A stretch of DNA of 63,516 nt from Gracilinanus agilis (Eukaryota), in the NCBI RefSeq assembly GCF_016433145.1, contig NC_058130.1, forward strand, positions 801,137,137-801,200,652, given 5' to 3'. A program made the position numbers and the translations under genes. The notes under the pieces are model-generated. The model made no database searches, was not told where the DNA came from, and was given only the letters and a program-made list of their open reading frames with translations. Below are positions 47,197 through 60,400 of this stretch, in pieces. How positions within the stretch are numbered: the stretch's first letter is position 1; each line of letters starts with the position of its first letter.

Positions 47197-49334
47197 CTCA
47201 ACTGTGTCTAAGAATAATACAGCAAACACGCGTAAGGATTCCTCTGGAAGTACTAAAGATATGTCTCCAGGCATTGTGCACTGTATTGTAGCTCTTAATT
47301 TGCACAGAAGATCCCTGTCAAGTAAATTTGCAGGTGAATTTGGCATCAAAAGGAATGAGTGTTCTACATACAAAGGACCTAATGATACCATTTTGGATTG
47401 CAACTTCTTTACCCTTTGTGGTCTCCCAGTTACCCCCATTACTTCTATAGTTCCTACAGACTTGCATTCCTCAGGAGACATTTGCAAAACAGATTTACTA
47501 GCCCCCATATCCACCAAAAGATCATAAATATGCTCCTCTACTCTTAATGATACATGGGGTTCCGTGCTATTTGGTGGTGAATGTGTCTGTATGACTGGTG
47601 CCAAAATGGATAGATCTGGGAATTGCATCTCTAATTCCTGTCCATCACATTCCACCTCCCCATTTACTTCTTAACCATTGCTTTGCCAGGGTTTAAGATT
47701 GCTATTATTCTGCCAGGATTTATTTTGTTCATTACACCTTCTTTTTGTTTCTATTTTTTCTATTCCATTGCTTTCTATTTGTTTCTATTCCATTGCTCTC
47801 ACTTGATATTATTGTATCAATGTTTCCTTTCTCACAATCTGCCTCTATGTTTCTCTTTCCTATAAATGTGCTGTTCTGTTCATGCCTTCATAATACATAT
47901 GCCCCCTTTTCCAAATCCCCTTTCTGGCAATTTCTCCCTGACCCACAAGAAGTATCTCAGACAAGCTCCATTCTTGACCTACTCCTGCATAGTTTGTAAA
48001 TCAGGGTATTGTTGGGACCCATGGCAACATCCATGGTTGCAGCAGCCATTCTGGTCCTGTCTTTGGAATGCATTATTGATTATTGATTCTGTCGGCATAA
48101 CTACACAAATTCTGCCTATAACCATTGCCGTTGAAACTATTAAAGTTGTTGCCTCAGTTCATCCTAAATGCTTGGCCAGAAAATTGTCCCCTGAACTGAC
48201 ACTCCCTCATGAAATGGCCAATTTGGTTACACAAATAACATCTAGGTGGACTTTGTCTAGTTTGTCTGGGGTTAAAATCATTTTTAGGTCTATATGATCT
48301 CAAAGGTTCAATTGCCTTTACTTCTTTTATCTCACTATCTTTAGGCTTTTGGTTTGCTTCCCTTAATTGCTTTCTTAAATCATATATTAAGTCACTTTTG
48401 TCTTCTGTTTGTCTATGTTTTCCAGCTTGGTATATGTATCTAACTGTTCTTTTAAGCTCTTCTGGACCCATAGTTTACGAGGTAGGACAGTTGTTCCTGA
48501 AAAAATTCCTAACAGAAGTGCATGAATTTTTCACAAATTGACCGTGAATGTGATTTGAGTTTTCCTCCATCAGTAAGTCCACCCCAAGTAATTGCTCTCC
48601 AGAATCTATGATCCTGTCCAAAAAGCTTGCAGGTGTTTCCCCAGGCTCCTATCTTTTGTTTCAAATTTGGACCACGTGTCCTTTGAATTTGCCTTCATTG
48701 TTTCCAAAATTGCTTCCCTTAGCTATAGATATCTTTAGGCTTCTACAGAATCCATCTCTAATTGAGGATCCTCATTTGGCCAGGATGTTAGAATAGGATT
48801 GTTACTGGTCTGCTCAATAAATTGTTGTTTCTCTCTCTTTCTTAAAAGTTCATCCATAATCAATTCAAAGTCCCTAAAATCAGGGTCAAAGATCTTTATC
48901 ACTCTTTTAAACTCATAGATCACTTTATTTGGTTCATCATCAAATCTGGGATTTCTTTTCTCTATGGCATCTCAGTCAGCTGAAGTAAATTGTTTAGGTG
49001 ACTTTATATACACAATGCCTATATCTAGAACAATATAGGTCGCATCATGCAAAGGGAACATATGGACAGAATTATGTTCTAATACATCAGTTACCAGCTG
49101 AGGCTTGGTAGGTGCCTGTGTTTTTTCTGCACCCCCTTGTTTAGCTGCTTCCTTTAGCATTGCCCCTAGCATTGCCCATTTTTGTTCAGTTAGTTTGAAA
49201 CATTGAGCTTCCAGTTGATCAATCTTTTGTTGCAGGGTTAGAACCGGTTGCTTTAATTCACTGTTCCCTAGATTTAACCAGCCAGTAACAATGAGCCTTT
49301 TAAAAACTGCTACATTTTTAAATTGGTACAGCAA
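47197..49334 (-). mobile_element. Mirror copy of the ERV gag-pro
   Basis: Reverse complement of 42863-45000, with a few substitutions in the protease region. Confidence 0.85.
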
Positions 49335-51369
49335 CCCAATAATAGAAACAGGAGAGGCAAATAAGATAGAGCCCTATATATAGTCATGTCGGTTATTGGA
49401 AGTAAGGCTTGAAGCCCATAAAATCATGTAGGTAATCTGGTGTGATTGCCATAAAGAAAGAGGGTATCATTGTAATCTGATACCAAATCATCTCCATTGT
49501 GCTATACGTAGGCACCCTGGAGAAATGAACTTTCTGAGTAAAATGAATCTCCTCAGGGAAACAGCAAGAATTATTGCCTTCCACTTTTATAAAACAAAGT
49601 AGTTGGCTTGAAAACTGCTTGTAAATAGCTGTGTGAGTGACATCTAAATGAGAGGGAGGTTATGGAGCCACCGACTGGGCCAGCTACTGTTATATTATGA
49701 CAATACATAGACTGCAACTGTCAGCTCTCAGGATTCTAATGGCCACCTCGACCTCCTGCCAAGAGTGAGAGTTCTAAAGGAGGCCAAAATGGCTGTTAGT
49801 CCTTTAAAAATTCAAAATATTCCAGGTCCTTGTCTGTTTTCACTTGACAATTAAAGTATTATGGTAAACTGACATGGGTAGATGTTGTTATCCACCAAGG
49901 GAACTAGTTATAAATACCACAGTTCCTCTTTAATGAAGTAAGGCAGATTGGGCCTTACCACACTAGGGCCAGAGCACAAACCAGTCTTTTAAAACTTCTT
50001 GATGTAACAGTAATAGATTTATTAATTAAAAGGGGTAATGAAGGAGGATTTAGGAACAAGAATGACCTAATCTCTAAGTTCTATTACTTCCCTCTAAGTC
50101 CATTGCAAGATGGAGTCTTCATGATCTTGATTCTCCCTATCACTCCCTGATTCTGGCTAATTATTCCCAAACCCTCTCTATACTACCTGACACTAATCTA
50201 TACTACCTGACACTAAATCCTCCCTTGTTGGTATATCTGGTTTTTAATAGTTTTCCAAGTTTGAAAAGAGTGAACTCAAATGGGTGTCCCTAGATGGAGG
50301 AACAATTGTCTTCCTCTGGAAAAGATAAATGCTGAGAAATAGCCTGATCTAAGCCTTCTAAATTATAAAGGTGAGGAGCACAATGGGATGGCCTTGATCC
50401 CCTTGGTGGCTACACCAAGGTGGCATTAATTACACCATAAGAGCCATATCTGGATAAGAGCAGCCAGCCATGTCCTCCCAGTCTCTGGGGGCCCTATGAG
50501 GGTCCTGTGAAGTCTTTGTTGGGGTAAGGAGGTGGCGAGGATCATGAAAAAGACAAAAGAATCAAAAGGATCAAAGATGCAGATGGTATTCAATGGCCCC
50601 ACGGCAGCTTTATTGAGGGAGGTGATGATAGTTATAGGAATCTGGGTTGCTACCCAAACATACCCATCAATATGGTTACAGGGAATATTTTCATAGTAAG
50701 AGATAGTCACTCCTGGGCTAAGGACGGTCCCTACCCCGGATGAAAAAGGAGGAGGGTTGGGCGTGGGGCTAGCAACCCCACCCTGTAAAAACTACATATG
50801 CTAAAGAAACTGCAACCTAAAGTAGGGGCAGCTGGGCTAGCTCAGTGGATTGAGAGCCAGGCCTAGAGACGAAAGGTCCTAGGTTCAAATCCGGGCTCAG
50901 ACACTTCCCAGCTGGGTGACCCTGAGCGACCCATTGCCTACTGGTTGTGGCCCTATGCTCCTAGAATGGAGTCCCAGGATAAAAAAAAGAGAGAGAGAGA
51001 GATAGCCAATCACAGAGAGTTTTGAGAAGAAAAATGCATCCTATCAAGGTATTGATCCATGGGATACAATGTGCATGGTGATTGGAGGATTCAGGGGTTT
51101 CCATAAGATACATGAAAACATACTCAAGATGACTCTTCTGCTACAGTTTCCAGGGATATAGTACACAAGACTGTCCTAGGTTCATTCCTAGGCTTATTCA
51201 ATGTACTATGATTCCTTTACTTAGGGGTCCAATAACTTAGGGGCTCTATCAATATCTCCCTCTCTCAGACAAAAAGGACTGACCACAGATATTGTGTCTG
51301 TTTCCCAGGTTTGGGAATAAGGAAAAATTTTGAAACATAACACAATGAGATGCTTCTTGTTCCCTCCAG

Positions 51370-52295
51370 ATATGAAGCACTGTATGAAGTGTCTTGAACA
51401 TGAACATCCCAATAAGGAGAGAGATCGCTGCCTCCTCAAAGCCATCACCTTCCTGGATATCAAAGAACCTCTGGGAATGGCTCTCACCTGTGTGGCTCTT
51501 TTCTTCTCTGTGCTGACAGCTCTGATTCTCGGGGTGTTTGTGAAGTTCCGAGATATACACATAGTGAAAGCCAATAACAGGACCCTCAGCTACACCCTCC
51601 TCATCTCCCTCACCTTCTGTTTTCTCTGCTCTTTGCTCTTTATCGGCCGTCCCACTGCAGTCACCTGCCTCTTCCGACAAACGACATTTGGCCTTGTCTT
51701 CACTGTGGCTGTTTCTTCCATTTTAGCAAAAACCATTCTGGTTGTTATGGCCTTCAGGGTTACAATACCAGGGAGTAGAGGAAAGATCTGGCTACAACCT
51801 AGAGTATCCAACTGTATTGTATTACTTTCCTCTGGAATTCAGGCAACTCTCTGTGGCATCTGGCTGGGAATCTCTCCCCCCTTTCCTGACACAGACACAT
51901 ATTCCCAGCCTGATCAGATCATCATTGAATGTAATGAGGGCTCTGTCCTTGGTTTCTACTGTGTCTTGGGCTATATTGGCCTCTTAGCTCTGGGAAGCTT
52001 CATAGTGGCTTTCCTGGCCAGGAGTCTGCCTGATACCTTCAACGAAGCCAAGTTCATCACCTTCAGCATGCTGGTGTTCTGCAGTGTGTGGCTCTCCTTC
52101 TTGCCCACATACCAGAGCACCAAGGGCAAAGCCATGGTGGTGGTGGAGATCTTCTCCATCCTGGCATCCAGTGCTGGCTTACTAAGCTCTATCTTTATTC
52201 CCAAGTGTTGGGTGATCTTGCTGAGGCCAAATGAGAACGCCCAGGAATGCATGAGAAATAAGTCAGAGGGCAAGAGGGGGAAGTACTCAGTGTGA
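51370..52295 (+). CDS. Mirror copy of the V2R last exon (identical translation)
   Basis: Reverse complement of 39902-40827. Confidence 0.88.
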
Positions 52296-54414
52296 GAAAC
52301 TGAGGGGAATAAGAGAGCAAGTAGTTTATAGTGGAAATCCAGAGAACCACACTGACTCCATCTGCTGGCAGTTTTGGAACTAGCTCATTCCCATTGCTCT
52401 TCAATTATGAGTCAAGTCCAAATTCTTTCCTATGAGAAAAAAAAAGTTCTGGAACACTGAATCAGAATTCCTTCACAAAGCAGAAGTACCTGAGAAATGG
52501 CCTGTGTCATTCTGGGATATCTGTTTCATGAACGTGGTAATACTTGAATCATATCTACTTTGTACATTTAACTGAAGATTTCCATCAATTGCACTAGTTT
52601 TCTCAGTGGTAACACCCTATTGAATTTCCTTATCTCATGATTGTGAAAATGTTCCTCTTTATCCTTCTGTCTTTTGTGCCTGACATTTAATGCTCACTTC
52701 AGTATTGCTGATGTCCCTCCTCCATTTCTTTACCCACTGTCATTGATAAGACCTTTAACTCCTTCAGAATGGATGACTGAATCAATCAATCATTATATCA
52801 AGAAACATTTATTCTTGTTTAGGCACTTCAGGCATCTCTTACCCTTCTAGAACCCATTTTGGGGTTTTCCTGGCAAAGATACTGAAGAGGCTTGCCATTT
52901 CCTTTTCTTAACATATTTTATAGGCAAGGAAACTGAGGCAAATAGGGTTAATCGGATGGTGGGCAGGGCTGTTCCATTGCATGGAGTGGGGCAAAATCCC
53001 ATTCCAGGACATCTTTCCTTTCTAGAAGCAAGTGTGCTAACCCAATTTATCTCCTGTCTACATCAGCACGTAATGACAGGAAGTGAGTGGGGTCTTGGGA
53101 ATCATAGTCTCTTAGCCCCATTTGAAAAAGAGCATACTAAAGGCCTATATTAATACATGTGTATAAAGCTCCTTGGGGAGGGGGTTTCTTCTACTCTTCA
53201 AAAGGAGAGATTGTTATCTCTGGTGGAGAGCACCTAACTTCACTATTTTTCTATAGGAAGTTGACAATCCAGGATTATTAATACTAATCAATGTATATTG
53301 GGAAATAATGCACACATTTCATTCCACACACTAGCAAGGTGATTATAGCAACATATCACAAAGATCAAATACCACGAATAGGAATGCAGGGCTGATTCAA
53401 TATTGGGAACTGCATCAGCACATTTGACAATATTGATGAGAAAAACAACAGAAACTTTATGATTATCTCAATAGATGCTTTTTTTTAACTTTTTTTAAAT
53501 TTTAAACCCTTAACTTCTGTGTATTGACTTATAGGTGCAAGAGTGGTAAGGGTAGGCAATGGGGGTCAAGTGACTTGCCCAGGATCACATAGCTGGGAAG
53601 TGTCTGAGGCCAGATTTGAACCTAGGACCTCCTGTCTCTAGGCTTGGCTTTCAATCCACTGAGCTACCCAGCTGCCCCCTCAATAGATACTTTTTGTCAA
53701 AAAAAAAAAAAGCTTTTGACAAAATTCAACACCTTTTCCTAATAACTATAGGACACTGGTATAAATGGACCCTTTCTCAAAATAATAAATAGCATCTATC
53801 TAAAACCATTAGCAAAGATTATCTTCAATGAGGATAAACTAGGAGCTTTCCTACAAAGATCAGGGCTGAAGCCAGGATGCCCACTATCAACACTACTAGA
53901 TGATAAAGCACTAGCAATGCTAGCTATAGCAGTAAGAGAAGAAGAAATTGAAGGAATTGGAATAGGCAATGAGGAAATGAAGCCATCAGTTTTCCCAGAT
54001 GATATGATATACATAGAGAATCTGAGAGAATCAACCAAAATATAATCAAAACAATGAACAATTTTAGCAAAGTTGTTGGATATAAAATAAACCACATAAA
54101 TCATCAGCATTTAACTATGCTACAAATAATACCTGGGACTCCAACTACCAAGAGAAACTCAAGAACTATATGATCACAACTACAAAACACTTTTCACAAA
54201 AAAGTCAGATGTAAACAACTGAAAAACTACTAATTGCTCATGGGTAGGCTGAGTCACCGTAATAAAAATGAAAATTCTATATATAGAGTAATTTTTGTAT
54301 TCAGTGCCATGTCAATTAAGAAGCCCAAAAATTATTTCATAGAACTAAATAAAATAATAAAATTCGTCTGGAAGCACAGAAGGTCAAGAATATCAAGGGA
54401 ATAAATGAAAAAAT

Positions 54415-54463
<49 letters not shown>

Positions 54464-57400
54464 CACACACAGTTCATTAGCTTAACTCTATCAGACTTCA
54501 GACTGTATTATAAAGCAGCAACCATGAGAACAATCTGGTACTGGCTAGGAAATAGAGTAGTGGATCAATGGAATAGATTATGCACTCAATAACACATTGT
54601 AGTAAATGAGCATAGTTACCTAGGGTTTGACAAATCCAAAGACCCACACTTTTGGTAAAAGAACCCACCATTTGACAAAAACTGCTTGGGAAATTGTAAA
54701 ACGTTATTAGGGTAACTAGGCATACTCAGATAGAAGGAGGAGAACCATGAAAAAGTGGTTTTCTGGAACCTAGAGAGAAAAGAATATCAGGTAGGAGAGA
54801 GTAGTCACCCATAACAAAGGCTACAGAGAGATCAAAGAGAATTGAGAAAAGGTCATTAGAATTCAGAGAGACCTCAAAGGAATAAAGAACTGGAGGAATT
54901 CCATGTGAACTGGAAAGACCTCCAGGAATTGATGCATAGTGAAAGGAGCTGATCCAGGAGAACTTTGTACACAGAGACTGATACACTGTGGTACAATTGA
55001 ACATAACAGACTTCTCTACCAACAGCAATGCAAGGATCCAGACCAAGGCTGAGGGACTTATGAGAAAGAAAACTAGCCACATTCAGAGGAAGAACTGTGG
55101 AAGGAGAAACACAGAAGAAGAAAAAAAAACAACTGCCTGAACACATGGGCTGATGGGGATATTATTGGGGATGTAGACACTAAATGATAACTCTAGTCCA
55201 ACTATCAATAATATGGAATTAGGTCTTGATTAGTGATACATGTAAAACCCAGTGGAATTGTGTGCCAGTTGAGGGGGCTAAGAGGTGTTTGGGAGAGAGG
55301 GAAAGAACATGAAATATTCAAAATTAAAATTAAAAAAAAAGAATTCAGAGAGTTGTCTTTCCCTTTATAATTTTCTGGAACACATCTTAATCAACAACAT
55401 TTTCCTATTATATTCCCCACCTAGTTGAGAACTCTCATTATATTCATTTTATATATTTTTCAAACTAGGATTGAAGGCAGAGCCCCCTGGCAGGCACAAA
55501 GCAACAACAGACTTTGAGTATGTGTTGACAAGTTAGACAGTAAATTATTACCATTTGTCACTGACTTCTCTGGCTATCTCATAAAGGCTATGAACACCTT
55601 CTCATAATATTGTTTAAAAATGCATAAAATAAAATACATAAAATGGAAGCATATGTATAAACCTGGTGTTAATTTTGGACAAATCAGACAGATGTATCTT
55701 GGTCCTGATTAATATAAAATTGAGAATCTGGAAATAATAGCCATAGATGTTACTTTGAGCAAATTGTAAAAACTAGCACAAAAGGGGGAAATGTGGAAAC
55801 ATTTTCAAAACTTTTTGTAGCAAAGTTGAAAATGCTAAAAATTAATAGTTTTTCTGGTCTGAACATCTTTGCCCAACTGCCTTATTTGAAGATAGATTAG
55901 AAAGTTCTTCTTAGCAAAATGGATCTGAGTTATCCTAGTTAATAACCAAAACTAAAATTAAATGTATCTTGAAAGGAATTAAATTTAAGGGTTTGACTAA
56001 AATATAAGAAAATTATAAATAATATGGTGGTTGCTGATTTAAAATATCATAGCTCAAGTCAAAATAACTTTCAATATTTTTTATTTACAGAATAGGTGGA
56101 GAGAGTGAAAGTTGAGAAATACAAAAAGAGGGTAGAGAAGATATTTAGCTTATCACATTAAATATTGCTCTGGTGCTCCACTTAGCCCAGCACCACTTGT
56201 TAACCCTCAACCAGAATTAATCTCTCTTAAGAAGTCAGGAAAGGAAAGAGTTATTCACTCACCCAAGTTCCCTCCAAGAGGCAGTTAGGGCTGAAGAAGA
56301 TGACTTGTTTAGGACAACTCCTGAAGCTGACCCTCTAGCCCTAGAAATTCAGGGCTTTTATAATGACTTCTTGTCCTTTCTCCTCTTCACAGGGGCCTAT
56401 CACAGCTTTCAAATTGTTTAGCACTGCCCAGAGGGGCAATGTCTTGCCATCCACTTCTCATCCTCTGGAGGTGTAAACTCTTATCAAAAGGATTCACAAT
56501 TTCCTGACACATTGAGTTGTTACCCACTTTAGCAAATGACTTGAGAACACTCTTATTTAGTGTCTGGTAAGGTACTAAGTAGGGGTACTAAAAGAAAGTC
56601 TGATTCACACTTCACAGTCTGGTGAGGTACTAATTAGGGGTACTTCAGTTAGTGTTAACTCAAAATAGACAAAGAGAATAAAGAATTCCCTTTCACAATC
56701 TCTTATTTAGCTCATTGCTTTCTCCACACTAAAGTCTTTGGGCTATGGAGCTCTGCTTCAGGAGGCTCTGAATGATAGGTCTGATACCCTCTATAGCCTC
56801 TTTACTCAATCTATACTGAGGAATTCTAGGTGGAGTGCCCTCTTTCACCTCGATCTTGACAGGTGTTGCAGATTTTAAAATTCCTACATCAGTGGGATGC
56901 TTTGCCCAAACTGCCTCTGAGATATCTTCAGGGATTTCAAAGATACTCCCCATATGATGTTCTTCCTCATCACCCCACCACCACCACCACCACCACTTGC
57001 CCCAGGAACAGCAAAGGATGGTGCTTGAGTGACTATTTGGGTAAATGTAGGAATATTTGGCCAGACTTGTCCCATTAGATAGTTGCACCTAATTTGCAAA
57101 GGATATCCCTCCCTAAGAGATTGGATGGGTGTCCGGGTATCAATAGAAATGAATGATCCAAAGTCATTGGGCCTGTCTTTACCATTTTAGATCTGTAGGA
57201 ATCCAGGTATACATTAATTGTGATATTATTTTAAGAGTGCTCAAAAATGACTCTTGTATTGCTTATGAATGATTTCGGTAACCTTGAGTTGAATTAAACC
57301 TCAACCTTGCCAAATTCCTAGCCCTTCCCTAAGGCTACACTCTGGAGGACTGGTCAGTTATCTCAGGCTCCTTATTTTACAAAAAAACAAGTAATTAGTA

Positions 57401-60400
57401 TCAAGACCTTAGGCCATATAGATTCTGGATCTAGATGTTTGCTCTATCTATTGCTTTAGGGTCCAACAGTCTGTATCTCGTGATGTTTACCTCACATCAG
57501 ACCACTTGCCTTCCTCGTCCCCCCGTGTATGATTGTAACCCTAATAAAAGTAGCTATATGACAGTTGAGGTAGAAGCTCTTGACCATCAGAGCTTACTCG
57601 ATGTCTGTCTACCTTACGCCAGAACTTTCTGTGTCTGTGTGTCTTTATTCTCACCTTATGTTCCCTTTCCATTAGTCCTTAACCCGTAACCCATTTTCAC
57701 TCAGTCCTTGGTTCCCCTTTCTGAGTGTCCAACCCACTAGGAATCTTCATGGAGTCAGTGGACGGCTTCAAGATCTTAGCTTGGGCACCAACTCCATTTG
57801 CCCAATGGCTCCTTTAACTCTCACAGATCCCATTAAAGTGCAATCTTCTGGTACAGATCTAGTTGCACCAGTATCGATTAAAGCTGAGTAGATTTGTTCT
57901 CCAATCTTCACCATTATCAAGGGCTCCTTGTCTTTAGCATATTGATTAACAGGTATCAAAGGTGCCTCTATATCAGTACAATCTAAATCCCATTGATTTT
58001 GCTCTTGGACTTCTACTTGTACTGACTCAGGACTCTGTGATTGTAATGGTGGTATTTCCCCTTTAAATTTGTCTGTTTGGATTCTCTGTGCCTCAGTCTG
58101 TATTTCTGTGTTGCATCTTGGTGCAGAAAAATTATTTATGCGCCTATCAGTGTCATTTTGTATCTCTTTTTTCTCAGACCATGAGTAGGGTAAGGTATCC
58201 TGCTCTTCACTGACCATACTTTGCCTTCCTAGATGGTGGTAGACAGTTAGTATCAGTCTTAAGGATAGATTTTTTTATGTTGCTAAAGATAGAGAGATTT
58301 AGGTGCAGAGTGGAGCAAGGTGAAGTGTGCAAGATGCAAGATGCTTGCAGAATTTCTAGTGGAAATTCTATATACTAGAAAACTGGGATTACTGTAACAT
58401 CCATGATCATAAGTGGGGCACAGAATTCCATAGTGCCCCCCCAGAACTCCAGGAGACGGGGTAGTTGGGGCAGTTAGAAACCTGAGTACAAAGGCCAGGT
58501 CACCCTACTTGTAAGGATTCTTTGATCACACTCCTTGTGGGTTCAAGGGCTGGGAGGGAGAGTTAGATTACTCTTTGGTTAGCTCATCTCTGACCTCAAG
58601 GGCTGAATGTTACTTTACTGGTTTACTACTGGAAGAATATCTCAATTGCAGCATCTTAAGTAATCTCTATACAGATCTTCAAGCAAGATTACCTTTCCAT
58701 CTTTAACTTAGGTACATTAGATTAGGAGAAAGATTACTTAGTGAGTAGGATAGAAGTTAAGTTGTTCAAAACACATTCCAAATGTGTAGCCAACAAGTTC
58801 ATTGAAGATTTTAGTTAGCTTACCTCCCTTTCATCCCTAAAACCATTTCCCCTCACCCTGTTTTCCTGAAAATAATAAACCCCCTTTCTTGTTAAGGTAC
58901 TGGGCCTGTGTGAAGTTACACTAGGATATACTCACCATCCATATACTTTACCAAAGGAAAGATCCATTCATATAAGCACTGGTGCAGTTTCCTTTCCTTG
59001 AGAGCAAGTCATCTGTATTTGAAGACAACCTGGAGTCTATTCTATCCTAGGGTTTAGGGAATAGTTTAAACAGTGAGACTTGCTGACCTCAGTGGGATTA
59101 TTCCCTGTCAGTTTACCAACTTGCCCCTGAATTTACCAAGCTTGTACAGCCTCCATAGCTTGAACTAAGAGGGATTCAGTTAAACAGTTTTTGCCTTCTG
59201 GTCCAACTGCTCCCAGGGGTGGGGGAGGAGAAAGAATTCTACTCACTCTTACCCCTCCCTCTTGTTAGGACAGCCAGCTTCATCCTCTAGCTGGACTCCA
59301 TTACTAACCATAGCTAATCTGAGTCAATTCAACAGGACCTTCTCCCCTTTGTCTATATGCTAGGATTGTACAATATGTCTATCAGAGGCATGATCTACAA
59401 ACTGAAGGCTGAGAATAGATCCCTTTTCTGTTTCTGGAGGACCCTAGAGGAGGACTCTAGGAAAGAACTGAATATTGACTGTTTTCAAAAGTACAAAATT
59501 GTATTTTAACATATTTTCTTTGTTCAAGATTCCTATAATGTTATCTCAACTTATCTTGGAGGAGAGAGATATGTTGGAGGGCATGAGGGAACTATGTCAA
59601 TTTGGAGATGTATCTAAATAGGAAGTGACTTGGATATTAGATTAATGTTAGATTAAACAAAACTATTTTAGTAGACTTATGTCCCAATTATTTTTTTAAA
59701 CCCTCACCTTCCAACTTGGAGTCAATACTGTGTATTGGCTCCAAGGCAGAAGAGTGGTAAGGGTAGGCAATGGGGTTCAAGTGACTTGCCCAGGGTCACA
59801 CAGCTGGGAAGTATCTGAGGCCAGATTTGACCTCAGGTCTTTCTACTTCCAGGTCCAGAATTCAATCCATTGTGTCACCTACTTGCCCCAGTGGTCATCA
59901 AGCTGGAGGAAGATAACACACAAGAGAAAGCTGAAAAGGAAAGGAGGAAAGAAAGGGAATGCAGAAAGTACCCAGCACAGGGGCATGATGGGAAAGTCCA
60001 AAAGCAGAGTAGTTAGTGGGAAAAAGAGAGAAGACTGTGGTGATGTCCCATAATGCCCATGACCATCAAGGGATACTAATAGACATTTTTCAGATGAAGA
60101 AATAAAAACTATCAATAATCATATGAAAAAGTGTTCTAAATCCCTCCTTATTAGAGAAATACAAATCAAAACAACTCTGAGGTACCTCGTCACACCTAGT
60201 AGATTGGAAAATATGACAGTAATGGAAAATATTAAATGTTGGAAAGGATGTGGCCAAATTAGGACACTAATGCATTGCTGATGGAGTTGTGAATTGATCC
60301 AATCATTCTGAAAGGCAATTTGGAATCATGCCCAAAGGGTTTTAAAAGAATACATACCCTTTGATCTGGCCATACCACTGCTGGGTTTGAGCCCTAAAGA

